This document shows, piece by piece, positions 8,261 to 17,655 of a stretch of DNA of 42,172 nucleotides. Under the pieces are notes generated by a model. It made no database searches, was not told the DNA's origin, and saw only the letters and a program-made list of their open reading frames with translations. Origin of the DNA: a virus (taxonomy: Duplodnaviria; Caudoviricetes); IMG/VR virus record IMGVR_UViG_3300023184_002373, positions 1-42,172 of that record, one strand, 5' to 3'. A program made the position numbers and the translations under genes. Positions within the stretch are counted from its first letter, which is position 1, and every line of letters starts with the position of its first letter.

Positions 8261-9235
8261 ATGCAAATCAGTGGTAAAAAAATGGGAAGCCTGAAGGCGG
8301 TGAAAGACTCGCTAAAAAAGGGTGGGTCAAGCCTCAGTTCCTTTATCAAGAATGTGCCAGCAGACGGAATCACAGTTAGGTTCATCACAGAACCTGAAGA
8401 GTGGTTCGGTTTCTACGAATACTGGAACGATGAATCTCGTAACTTTACACCAATGGCAGTAGGCGAAATTTTGCCTGATGGTGCAAGACCTTCATTCCGT
8501 TATCTTGCCTCGGCAGTTGACATTGAAACAGATCGGGTCATTCCGTTGAAGTTGGCAAAAACTGCGGCGAACAGTCTCATCTTGAAGTACGACAAGTACG
8601 GAACGATGCTTGACCGTAACTACGAGTTGCAGAAGCATGGCGAAGGATTGGACACAACTTACGATGTCACTCCCGATGCACCTTCAAAATTGAATCTTGC
8701 AAAGTACGAAACCATTGATCTTGAAAAGGTTTTGGTTACTGCTCGTGCAACATCGCTTGGCGAAACAGATACAAAAGCGTCTGAACCAACCATTGATGAC
8801 GATGAGATTGATGAAGAGAAGTCAAAGCCAGTTGCGAAAAAGGCGAAAAGCAAAGAAGTTTTGTTTGACACCGAAAAACTTTTTCCAAAAGGCGAATATC
8901 GTGAAGATTACTCCGAAGACGAACTTGTTTTCATGCAAGATGATGATGTTCGCACCATCAAAGACTTGCTTGAAAGTTGGGAAATTGACGAATCCCTTAC
9001 TGGCGTAAAAGCAATCAAAGCAATTCTGAAAGCACAAAGCGCATCTGAGGAAGACGATGAAATCGTTGAACTTGAAGATGATGACGATAGTGCAGAAGAA
9101 GCGCTTGATGAAGAAACGCTTACTGCAATGTCTCTGCGTGACCTGCGTGTTATTTGCGAAGACATGGAAATTGACCACGAAGGTATGAACAAGCCAGCAA
9201 TGGTTCGTTCAATCATTGAGGCATCAGAAAAATAA
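8261..9235 (+). CDS. Phage single-stranded DNA-binding protein with acidic tail and C-terminal helical (Rho-N/HeH-like) domain
   Basis: ITVRFITEPEEWFGFYEYW...YELQKHGEGLDTTYDVTP is typical of phage SSBs. It leads the replication operon and has an acidic C-terminus. Confidence 0.65.
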   Translation: MQISGKKMGSLKAVKDSLKKGGSSLSSFIKNVPADGITVRFITEPEEWFGFYEYWNDESRNFTPMAVGEILPDGARPSFRYLASAVDIETDRVIPLKLAKTAANSLILKYDKYGTMLDRNYELQKHGEGLDTTYDVTPDAPSKLNLAKYETIDLEKVLVTARATSLGETDTKASEPTIDDDEIDEEKSKPVAKKAKSKEVLFDTEKLFPKGEYREDYSEDELVFMQDDDVRTIKDLLESWEIDESLTGVKAIKAILKAQSASEEDDEIVELEDDDDSAEEALDEETLTAMSLRDLRVICEDMEIDHEGMNKPAMVRSIIEASEK

Positions 9236-9240
9236 AGGCT

Positions 9241-9317
9241 TGGTGTGGTGCAGGTTATCTTGGAAGAGTGTAAAGATTCCCCCAAATCTTTACCCACCTG
9301 CATCACACTATTTATTT
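9241..9317 (+). ncRNA. Candidate structured RNA or terminator with C-rich loop
   Basis: A 15-bp outer stem (tggtgtggtgcaggt/acctgcatcacacta) encloses gtaaagatt-ccccca-aatctttac and is followed by tttattt. Confidence 0.45.
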
Positions 9318-9330
9318 ACTAGGAGAAAAC

Positions 9331-9642
9331 ATGAAAGCAAAGAATCCGTTTGACAAGAACCGTGAACCGAAACGCTACGATGTCGCAGAACTTCTGCTCA
9401 GTGGCGAAACAATTTCATGGTCTGAAATAAACGAACAGGTAGGTCACTTTTCTCCTCGTTCAATGGGTTATGTACTTAGGGCGCTTGAAGATAACAAAAT
9501 TACTCTTCTGCGTTTGCGTGACCCTGAACTTGGAACACTGTACCGATACGACCCTTCAACAGATTATGAAGAGCGTTATCGTTTAAGCAAATCAAGTGGG
9601 CCTGACGCTAAGAGGCAACAGGAACACGAAGCAAAGAAGTAG
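9331..9642 (+). CDS. Hypothetical protein (possible winged helix)
   Basis: AGGAG SD; pattern ISWSEINEQVGHFSPRSMGYVLRALE. Confidence 0.65.
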   Translation: MKAKNPFDKNREPKRYDVAELLLSGETISWSEINEQVGHFSPRSMGYVLRALEDNKITLLRLRDPELGTLYRYDPSTDYEERYRLSKSSGPDAKRQQEHEAKK

Positions 9643-9648
9643 TCTGCC

Positions 9649-9903
9649 ATGACAACTCAAGTACCCGATCAACACTTTTGTACAAGGTGTGGTCGGGTAC
9701 TTTTGTCTTCATCGCCTCAATCTAATTACTGGCTTGTTTCCGAAGACGGAAGAGTAGTTAGGTGTCCACAACACATTACTGACTGGTCAATGCGTTGTGC
9801 TAAAGTAAGACGAACAAAACACACATACGGTTGGAGGCGTATGGCACAAGAACAAGATCACCCACCATCAAACATTCTTTATGAACCATTCTTTGACTTG
9901 TAG
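9649..9903 (+). CDS. Hypothetical zinc-finger protein
   Basis: CTRC...CPQH. Confidence 0.6.
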   Translation: MTTQVPDQHFCTRCGRVLLSSSPQSNYWLVSEDGRVVRCPQHITDWSMRCAKVRRTKHTYGWRRMAQEQDHPPSNILYEPFFDL

Positions 9904-9920
9904 CCAACAAGGAGGCAACA

Positions 9921-10361
9921 ATGCAAACATTTGTACCGTACAACGACTTGTACAAGATAGGTAAATCTCTAGACGATAAGCGTTTAGGAAAACAGCGTGT
10001 AGAAGTTCTGCAAATTCTTAATGCTCTTGCAGGTAAATCAAAAGGTTGGGTCAACCACCCTGCAACTAAAATGTGGCGTAACCACGAACAGGCTCTTATC
10101 AGTTACGGTTCATGGATATGTACAGAGTGGTGCAATCGTGGATTCAAAGATACCTGCCACCAAAAAATACTTGATATGCGTAAAGAGTTCAATCAAGATC
10201 GCACTGCATGGGGCTATCCTTTATGGTGGGGCGATATGTCAGTGCATGAATCGCACCGATCTAATCTGCTAAGAAAAAAACCTGAACACTACTCGCACTT
10301 TGGTTGGGATATTCAAGATGATTTACCGTATGTCTGGCCTGTCTGCTGGTGCTGTAAATGA
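9921..10361 (+). CDS. Pyrimidine dimer DNA glycosylase family (MSMEG_6728-like)
   Basis: MQTFVPY...LDDKRLGKQRVEVLQIL...NHPATKMW...HESHRSNLLRK...LPYVWP. Confidence 0.85.
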   Translation: MQTFVPYNDLYKIGKSLDDKRLGKQRVEVLQILNALAGKSKGWVNHPATKMWRNHEQALISYGSWICTEWCNRGFKDTCHQKILDMRKEFNQDRTAWGYPLWWGDMSVHESHRSNLLRKKPEHYSHFGWDIQDDLPYVWPVCWCCK

Positions 10362-13021
10362 GTAGTTTCTTTCATACCCATGTTCACTCAGAGTTCTCTT
10401 GTCTTGACGGAATGGCTGACATTCGGACTATGGCTGAAAAGGCTTCTCGTTATCTGAAGCAACCTGCACTTTCGCTTACTGACCACGGAAACATGAGTGG
10501 TGCATTTCAGTTATACAAATCGTGCAATGACAACGGTATAAAACCGTTCATAGGTCTAGAGGCTTACATAGTTGAAGATCGTGCAAACAAAAAAGCGAAG
10601 CGTAATCATATTTCTTTGCTCGCATACACCACCGAAGGCTACAAAAATCTTGCGAAGTTATCGTCACTGTCTAATCAGAGAACGCACTACTACTACAAGC
10701 CACTGATTGACTTGAATGATCTAGCAGAGTTGGCTTTCAATGGTGGGCTGAAAGGGATTGTCTGCACGACAGGTTGCTATTTCGGATTGGTGTCTCAGTC
10801 TGTAGTTCATGGCGAACATAAAAAGGCTGAAAAGATTATTATGAGCCTCAACAAGTGGTTTGACAAAGTGTATGTGGAATTACAAAACCACGGAACAGAT
10901 CATGGCGATGGTTGGAATGATGACAAACTCGTAGCAGATTTATTTACAACAGCGAACTGGCTAGGGGTTGCACCAATTATTTCGCAAGACTCTCATTATT
11001 GTGACAAGTCAGACAAAGACCTGCACAACATGATGCGAATGATTGCGTACTCGGCAGATGAAACTGACTTGGCATATCCTGGCCACAGTTATCACTTGGC
11101 TTCAACCTCTTGGGTGAAGCAGTATTACGAACAAGAAGTTTGGGATGCTTGCGAAGAGTCTTACAAGTGGATGCTTGATAACCATACGCTAGAGATTCCA
11201 CCACTAGAAAAATACAAGTATTTCATTCCTGCCGTAACCAAAAATCCACTGAAGCAACTGGCAACACTCTGCAAAGCAAAACTAAAGACGATAGATCATG
11301 GTGGCGATGATGCCGTGTATCAAGAGCGACTGGCAACTGAACTAGATGTGATTGAAAAGACTGGCATGGCTGACTATTTCATGCTCGTAAATGATTATGT
11401 CGGATGGTGTCACGAACAAGGAATTCTTGTTATGGCAAGAGGTTCTGCGGCAAGTTCACTTGTTTGCTGGCTTCTTGGCATTACACAAGTTGACCCGATC
11501 AAATGGAACTTGGTATTTGAACGATTCCTCTCGGTAGATAGAACTAGACCACCTGATATTGACCTAGACATTGAAGATGTGCGCCGTGATGATGTCGTGA
11601 ACTATCTCAAAAACAAATACAACATCATGCAAATTGGAACATACAACCGACTTTCGTATGACGAAGAGACTGGTCGTGGTGGATTGTTTGTGCAATACAT
11701 CAGTGCAAAGCGCAAGATTCTAGGCGACTCTTTTGCACGAAAACTTGGCAGGGTAAATAATCTGCACGACTTAGACAAAGTAAATCCAAAAGATGCTCAA
11801 AGACTTAGGGCATTAGGCGAACTTCCACTACGCCGTTCTGCTGGCGCTCATGCGGCAGGCTTTGTGATTTCTGCACCACCATTGCACAAGACGGAGGATT
11901 GGATTCCTGAAATGCTAATTCCTTCATCGGACACGATGGTTACTCAAATGATGATGGATGATGTTGAAGATGCAGGTTTCGTAAAGATTGACCTACTTGG
12001 CTTGCGATCTCTTACAACACTTAGGCGTTGTCTTGAAATGGTTGGCAAAACTGGTACAGATTGGATTCCTCTTGATGACAAGCGAACATTCCAATTCTTA
12101 CGCCGTGGCATGACAGAGACAGGTATCTTTCAAATGGAAGGCTGGACTGCGGCAAAAGGATGCAAAGAAGTTCAGGTGCAAAATGTTCGTGACCTGATTC
12201 TTGTGAACGCACTCTATAGACCTGCAACTATCAATAGTGGTTATGTAAAACAGTTTTTGAAGAACAGGCAAAAGCCCAATGGTGTGAAGTATCCGAGTGA
12301 AATCTTCAAGCGACACTTGGAAGAAACTTATGGTGTGCCATGTTATCAAGAGCAGGTTCTTGCGATTCTAAAAGATTTGGGTATGCCAATTCCTGAACTC
12401 AATGCTTTCTTGAAGGCAGTAAAAGGAAAACACGCTAAGGCTGGATACTCCGATGAAGCCAACCAAGTGTTTGAAAAGAACAAGCAAAAGTTCTATGAAC
12501 TCTGTTCTGCTACTGGCATGGGTAAGCGTGAAATAAGTCAGGGGTGGAAACTCGTAGAAGGATTTGCGGCGTATGGATTCAATAGGGCTCATGCAACTGC
12601 ATACAGTTTGTTGGGTTATCAGTTGGCTTATTTGAAGATCAATCACCCACTAGAGTTTCATTCTGCGCTACTTGAAACAACAGTGGGTACGAGCAAAGAC
12701 GATCAGTACATTCGTGAAACAAAACGGATGGGAATAACTATTCTCTCTGCCGATGTCAATGTGTCTAGCGTGTCATGGTCAATAGATAGAAATGCAGATG
12801 CAATTAGGCGTGGACTCTCATCTATAAAAGGCATTGGGCATAACGCCGCAGAAATTATTTGTAGCAATGCACCATACACATCTCTTGAAGAACTGATTGC
12901 AAAATGCCCTGCACGATCAGTTACAGGTGGAAAGAGTTGGAAGACAGAAAAGAAATTAAACGGAACACTGGAACAACTCCGTAAGGCAGGTGCGCTAGAA
13001 TCGTTAGGAATCAAACGCTAA
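10358..13021 (+). CDS. dnaE: DNA polymerase III alpha subunit (phage DnaE; PHP + Pol + HhH, no evident C-terminal OB fold)
   Basis: HTHVHSEFSCLDG, LTDHG, RGSAASS, RPPDIDLD, KIDLLGL, YGFNRAHATAY. Confidence 0.95.
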   Translation: MSSFFHTHVHSEFSCLDGMADIRTMAEKASRYLKQPALSLTDHGNMSGAFQLYKSCNDNGIKPFIGLEAYIVEDRANKKAKRNHISLLAYTTEGYKNLAKLSSLSNQRTHYYYKPLIDLNDLAELAFNGGLKGIVCTTGCYFGLVSQSVVHGEHKKAEKIIMSLNKWFDKVYVELQNHGTDHGDGWNDDKLVADLFTTANWLGVAPIISQDSHYCDKSDKDLHNMMRMIAYSADETDLAYPGHSYHLASTSWVKQYYEQEVWDACEESYKWMLDNHTLEIPPLEKYKYFIPAVTKNPLKQLATLCKAKLKTIDHGGDDAVYQERLATELDVIEKTGMADYFMLVNDYVGWCHEQGILVMARGSAASSLVCWLLGITQVDPIKWNLVFERFLSVDRTRPPDIDLDIEDVRRDDVVNYLKNKYNIMQIGTYNRLSYDEETGRGGLFVQYISAKRKILGDSFARKLGRVNNLHDLDKVNPKDAQRLRALGELPLRRSAGAHAAGFVISAPPLHKTEDWIPEMLIPSSDTMVTQMMMDDVEDAGFVKIDLLGLRSLTTLRRCLEMVGKTGTDWIPLDDKRTFQFLRRGMTETGIFQMEGWTAAKGCKEVQVQNVRDLILVNALYRPATINSGYVKQFLKNRQKPNGVKYPSEIFKRHLEETYGVPCYQEQVLAILKDLGMPIPELNAFLKAVKGKHAKAGYSDEANQVFEKNKQKFYELCSATGMGKREISQGWKLVEGFAAYGFNRAHATAYSLLGYQLAYLKINHPLEFHSALLETTVGTSKDDQYIRETKRMGITILSADVNVSSVSWSIDRNADAIRRGLSSIKGIGHNAAEIICSNAPYTSLEELIAKCPARSVTGGKSWKTEKKLNGTLEQLRKAGALESLGIKR

Positions 13022-13029
13022 GGAGCAAC

Positions 13030-14100
13030 ATGAACAAGGCACATGAATTGATGAAGGAAATTAACAAGTTGCTCGGCGCAAATACCGTGATGCTTGGCAG
13101 TGATGATGTATTGAAAGTTGAGTACATTCCTACTGGCGTATTGCCGATAGATCACTTGCTTGGTGGTGGAATTCCAAGAGGAAGATTCACTGAAATCTTT
13201 GGTGCATACAGCACTTTGAAATCGTATGTGGGTTTGTCAACCATTGCACAAGAGCAAGCCAATGGTGGTGTCTGTGCGCTTATTGATACCGAACATTCTT
13301 ATGACCCTGAGTGGGCTAAGGGGCTTGGTGTGGATACCGATTCGCTTATCTACCATGCACCCGAAACAGGAGAAGAAGCAATTGATGTATCAGAAATGCT
13401 TATTCGCAATGGTGTTGATCTCATTGTATGGGATTCAGTTGCGGCAACACTTCCACAAACTGAAAGTGCAAAGCGACTATCTAAAGAGTCAGTTCAACCT
13501 GCACGACTGGCGGCACTTATGTCGTTAGGAATGAGAAAACTTACTGCGGCGAATGACAACACTGCGATGATCTTTATTAACCAAACACGCATGAAGATCG
13601 GAGTGATGTTTGGCGACCCTGAAATCACAGCAGGTGGAAAAGCGTTGCCATACTATGCCTCTTTCAGAATTGCATTACGCAAGGCTGGAAAAATCAAAGA
13701 GGTAGTTGATGGTTTTGATGATGAAGGGCATAAGGCAAAATCAAATAATGTTCTTGGAATTAAAATCAGAGCGACATTAGAAAAAAGCAAACTGTCCGTA
13801 CCGTCAAAAGAATCTGTTTTTACTTTTGATCTCTCAACTGGTCGGGTAGATGAAATTGGTTATCTAATCTCTGCTGGATTAAACGCTGGAATAATCAATC
13901 ACGAAGGTAGGTCATGGTGGGTAGGAGACAACGAAAAGACGGTGGGGCTGGACAAGTTCCGTGGCTGGCTGGAAGAGAATCAGGACATTCAGAATCAGAT
14001 CAAGTTGGGGATACTTCCAAACTCCCTTGGAAACCAAGAACCCGTCAAGAAAAAGGCAGGCAAACAGAAAAGCAAATCGCAAAAAACAGAGGTGCAGTAG
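13030..14100 (+). CDS. recA: RecA-like recombinase with atypical Walker A
   Basis: IPTGVLPIDHLLGGGIPRGRFTEIFG, IDTEH, VWDSVAA, IFINQTRMKIGVMFGDPEITAGGKALPYYAS. Confidence 0.92.
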   Translation: MNKAHELMKEINKLLGANTVMLGSDDVLKVEYIPTGVLPIDHLLGGGIPRGRFTEIFGAYSTLKSYVGLSTIAQEQANGGVCALIDTEHSYDPEWAKGLGVDTDSLIYHAPETGEEAIDVSEMLIRNGVDLIVWDSVAATLPQTESAKRLSKESVQPARLAALMSLGMRKLTAANDNTAMIFINQTRMKIGVMFGDPEITAGGKALPYYASFRIALRKAGKIKEVVDGFDDEGHKAKSNNVLGIKIRATLEKSKLSVPSKESVFTFDLSTGRVDEIGYLISAGLNAGIINHEGRSWWVGDNEKTVGLDKFRGWLEENQDIQNQIKLGILPNSLGNQEPVKKKAGKQKSKSQKTEVQ

Positions 14101-14321
14101 TTCACCCTGCATCGGGAGCATTAAGAATCAAACACGATGCTTCGGATGCAGATACACTTTATGAAATCAAGGATGCAAACAAAACATACACTCTCAAAGG
14201 TTCAGAAGTTCTTGCTTTGTATAAAAGAGCAAACATGGAATTGAAAGAACCAATTTTCGTTGTGTATTTCACGGATGCAGATTTAACCGTAACCATGACA
14301 ATAACAAAAGGAAAACAATGA
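13914..14321 (+). CDS. PD-(D/E)xK Holliday-junction-resolvase-like nuclease (start uncertain, overlaps recA)
   Basis: GRQTEKQIAK...HPASGA...KHDA...LYEIK. Confidence 0.65.
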   Translation: MVGRRQRKDGGAGQVPWLAGRESGHSESDQVGDTSKLPWKPRTRQEKGRQTEKQIAKNRGAVVHPASGALRIKHDASDADTLYEIKDANKTYTLKGSEVLALYKRANMELKEPIFVVYFTDADLTVTMTITKGKQ

Positions 14322-15094
14322 GCCTCAAAGATGTAGTTCGCATGGCAAGAATGAATAGCCGTATCACTCCTAAAGTTCAGGGGTGGCTGATGAACAATGA
14401 CGGTGTGCATATCAATAGTGATTTTGTAGCAGAGCGTGTCATGGGAATTCTAAAGCCTGAAATAAAAAAATCTAGGGCAGGTGCGTTTCACCCATCGCAG
14501 TTATACCAGTGTCAAAGAGCGCAAGTGTATGGGTACTACAACGCCCCAACAGTAAAAACTTTTGACCCACAACTTCAAAATCTTTTTAACGATGGTCACT
14601 TCCGACATCTCCGTTGGCAAATTATGTTGATGGAAGCAGGAATCTTGACTGATGTTGAGGTTGCTGTAGATATGCCAAAGTTTCGGCTAGAAGGCTCAAT
14701 GGATGGTGTCAATGCAGATGAAGGTTGGATGTTTGAATTAAAGGGAACAAGTCAGTTCCGTAGTATTCAAACTAAAGGAGTAATGCCTGCACACACAAAA
14801 CAGGTTCACGCTTACCTCCTTGGAAGTGGATTGAACGAAGCGCTAATTGTTTATGAATGTAAAATGACTCAACAATGGCTTGAAGTTGCAATACCAAAAG
14901 ACCCAAAAATCATTGACGAAATAACTACAATTCTTGAATCACTAAACGATGCAATTGATAACGAGTACCTACCCGAAAGGTTGGATGATTGTGAAAATAA
15001 AACAGGTGCGACCTATAACTCATGTGCGTATGCAAAAATCTGTCACAGGTGCAACACCCCATCAGACATCATTACGCTCATTCAGAATCAATAG
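14318..15094 (+). CDS. Cas4-like PD-(D/E)xK exonuclease
   Basis: FHPSQLYQC...GSMDG...FELKG...QVHAYL, plus a C-terminal Cys cluster. Confidence 0.8.
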   Translation: MSLKDVVRMARMNSRITPKVQGWLMNNDGVHINSDFVAERVMGILKPEIKKSRAGAFHPSQLYQCQRAQVYGYYNAPTVKTFDPQLQNLFNDGHFRHLRWQIMLMEAGILTDVEVAVDMPKFRLEGSMDGVNADEGWMFELKGTSQFRSIQTKGVMPAHTKQVHAYLLGSGLNEALIVYECKMTQQWLEVAIPKDPKIIDEITTILESLNDAIDNEYLPERLDDCENKTGATYNSCAYAKICHRCNTPSDIITLIQNQ

Positions 15095-15413
15095 TGGTAT
15101 TCCACAGTTGCCTGATCTGCGAAGTGAACTAGATGAGTATGTAGAAGTTCTTATGGGTAGAAAAACCCCACCGATTGACAACGATGAAATGACGCTAATG
15201 GAGTATGCAAACGCCGTTTATAGTCGGGCGATGGAATTGACCATGGTGCTACAACGAGCAGAATCAGACGGAACAGTGTTAAAGGGAAGTAAGTACTACA
15301 AGTTTCGTACTGGAGAACTGCGTTCGTTCACTGAACTTGCAGTAAGGTGCATAGAATTAGGCAGTAGGCGAGTAACTAAAGCCCAACTGGACTACTCTAT
15401 GAACAATGGTTAG
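15030..15413 (+). CDS. Hypothetical phage protein (start uncertain; frame open from 14949)
   Basis: Helical ORF filling the gap between the Cas4-like gene and ruvC. Confidence 0.6.
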   Translation: MQKSVTGATPHQTSLRSFRINSGIPQLPDLRSELDEYVEVLMGRKTPPIDNDEMTLMEYANAVYSRAMELTMVLQRAESDGTVLKGSKYYKFRTGELRSFTELAVRCIELGSRRVTKAQLDYSMNNG

Positions 15414-15965
15414 TTCAACTCCAAAAATTCTACGCCACCCAAACTCATCAAAATCCTTATTGATATTGGGTATTGACCCTGCATCTACACATATTGCGTT
15501 CGTAGCCCTCCACGGTAATGATTTCCGTGTTACAGTGAGCAAGAACCTAGGGAAAAGCGGGCCTGAAGCCTGTCATAACGCTAGAGACTTAACATTGAAA
15601 ACGATTGGAGAGTTACAACAGTGGGCTGGAAAAAATACAACCATCCATGGTTCTACGAACTCCCAATTTTAGGTCGTGGTGGATTCACTTCAACTACAGT
15701 GCAATGCTTTACATCAGGTGCAGTGCAAGGCGTATTGCATGAGAGGAAGTGTAAGACCTACCCAGTCAATGTCTCCAGTTGGAAAAAAGCAGTCGTGGGT
15801 AAAGGAAATGCAGACAAAGGACAGGTCGGAGAATTTCTACGACTTCACTGGAATCCTCTCCACGCCGCAGCATCAGGCAATCAAGATGTCTATGACGCTT
15901 CCTGCATTGCCCTCTACGGAAGACAATTTCTTGAATCATCAATGGCGCAAACTGGCGCTGTGTAA
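15406..15965 (+). CDS. ruvC: RuvC-like Holliday junction resolvase, split by a -1 frameshift near 15628-15655
   Basis: ILGIDP is in ORF 15406..15672. FYE...SWKKAVVGKGNADK...NQDVYDA is in ORF 15621..15965. Confidence 0.8.
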
Positions 15966-16239
15966 AACTAAGACAACTCAGTTCTTTCGTCATCGCTGTA
16001 GTGTTCGTTGTATAAACCATGCAAACGGTTGTGATCGTGTTAGAGTTGTGCGTGAATGTAAGGCTATTTGTGCCGAGTGTCCAGTAGCCGAACATTGCTT
16101 GATTTGGTCAATAGAAACCAACTTGCTCAAAGGTATCGCTGGTGGAATGACCGAAATAGAACGAAGAACAGCAAGAACAATTATCAAAGGAGAAGACGAT
16201 GGTGGCGAAGAAGAAGAATCAGACGATTATTACTGGTAA
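15886..16239 (+). CDS. whiB: Second WhiB-family protein with Cys/His-rich insertion (start uncertain)
   Basis: QWRKLALC...KAICAECPVAEHC...GIAGGMTEIERR. Confidence 0.8.
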   Translation: MSMTLPALPSTEDNFLNHQWRKLALCKTKTTQFFRHRCSVRCINHANGCDRVRVVRECKAICAECPVAEHCLIWSIETNLLKGIAGGMTEIERRTARTIIKGEDDGGEEEESDDYYW

Positions 16240-17575
16240 CACTATTTTAGTTCCAGTCTCTGAATTAAAAGGTTACGACAAAAATCCAAGAAAAGGTAAT
16301 GTCAAAGCGATTGCAGAGTCGCTTGAAATAAATAAACAGTACCGACCAATCGTTGTTCAAGAGTCAACTAAGAAAATTCTTGCTGGTAATCACACTTGGC
16401 AAGCGGCTAAGTCTCTTGGTTGGACAGAAATTGCTGTTGTTTATGTGGATGTAAATGACGAAGAGGCAAAGCGTATTGTTCTTGCCGACAACAAAACAAA
16501 CGACCTTGCCGATTACGATGGTCAAATTCTTGCTGAACTCCTGCGTGACCTAGGAACTGCCGATGGTACTGGCTACTCAGCATCGGACATGGAAGCAATC
16601 CTAAATGCCACTATGGAAGATTTGGATTCTGTTATCAGTTTGTCAAACGAAGCAGGAGAAAGAACCCTGTCACAAAACGATTCCCTGCTTGCTGGAAATA
16701 CAGAAATGGGTGGTTCAAGAGAATCCGATGACGCTGGATTTACTTTTTTAGGAGAAGACGATGAAGAAGACGAAGAAGATATTGACGATAAACCTGACGA
16801 TTTAACTGGTGTTTATACTCTTAAAGACGACTTGATTTTCAATGGCGCTTCATTTTGGGAAATACCTTCTCTTCGTAGTGACATGATGATTGAAGAATTG
16901 CCAACACCATTGCATACTTGGGCTGGTAGTGCTACAAGAGATTTAGATTGGGAAGGTCACTGGCTTTACAACTGGGGAATTGACAGCACATCAGGAATGA
17001 AAGACCTCAGCAAAATAGTTCTTTCGTTTTACTGTTGGGATGAATACATTGAACCATGGTGGGATAACCCTTCAAGGCACATGAGCAAATTGCTTCATGC
17101 AAAAATTAAATATGCAATTACGCCGAACCTAACGCCTAACGATATGCCAAGAGCGTCTTCGCTGTGGCAGTTATACCGTTCACGATGGATTGGGCGATAT
17201 ATGCAGGAGATTGGTGTTCGTGTAATGCCTGACCTTCAAGTTCGTGAAGAAGATGAATTCATTGAAATCTCTCGCAAGGCATTGCCTAAAAATTTGAAGT
17301 GGGCGGCAATTCAAACTCAAAACTTAATTGGTAGTTCAAGAACTGGTCAGGGTATAACGCAAGAAGAAGCGAATGTTCACAAAGAGTGGACACTGAAATC
17401 AGTTCGTGCGGCAAACCCTGAAAATCTTTTAGTTTATGCACACCCTAAATCGCATGACGAGATGAAAGAATTTTTTGGTGATGGTACTGAAAGAAACATT
17501 TTGTGTATGCCAACAAGACTCTTCTATCTGTCGCAAAAAGTTCGCAGTAACGCAAGTGAATCGGACAGACTCTAA
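16199..17575 (+). CDS. ParB/Srx-like N-terminal domain fused to a DUF4417-like domain
   Basis: KNPRKG...IAESL...RPIVV...ILAGNHTWQAA...LADNK, an acidic linker, then SFYCWDEY..PWWDNP...ITPNL..DMP...WQLYRSRWIGRYMQEIGVRVMP, which matches the DUF4417 pattern as recalled. Confidence 0.75.
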   Translation: MVAKKKNQTIITGNTILVPVSELKGYDKNPRKGNVKAIAESLEINKQYRPIVVQESTKKILAGNHTWQAAKSLGWTEIAVVYVDVNDEEAKRIVLADNKTNDLADYDGQILAELLRDLGTADGTGYSASDMEAILNATMEDLDSVISLSNEAGERTLSQNDSLLAGNTEMGGSRESDDAGFTFLGEDDEEDEEDIDDKPDDLTGVYTLKDDLIFNGASFWEIPSLRSDMMIEELPTPLHTWAGSATRDLDWEGHWLYNWGIDSTSGMKDLSKIVLSFYCWDEYIEPWWDNPSRHMSKLLHAKIKYAITPNLTPNDMPRASSLWQLYRSRWIGRYMQEIGVRVMPDLQVREEDEFIEISRKALPKNLKWAAIQTQNLIGSSRTGQGITQEEANVHKEWTLKSVRAANPENLLVYAHPKSHDEMKEFFGDGTERNILCMPTRLFYLSQKVRSNASESDRL

Positions 17576-17655
17576 GCATTACTGCATATCTTTAGATATA
17601 CTGATATGAGCGTTCTGCTATACCATCTTTTCATCCCAACAACAGGAGAATTAAG

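Noticed and set aside
10358-14100. Intein or intron in dnaE or recA
   Set aside because: Both proteins are continuous and of normal or short length, with no splicing motifs.
14318-15094. CRISPR-Cas locus suggested by the Cas4-like gene
   Set aside because: No repeat-spacer array or other cas genes are visible. Stand-alone Cas4-like nucleases are common in phage recombination modules.
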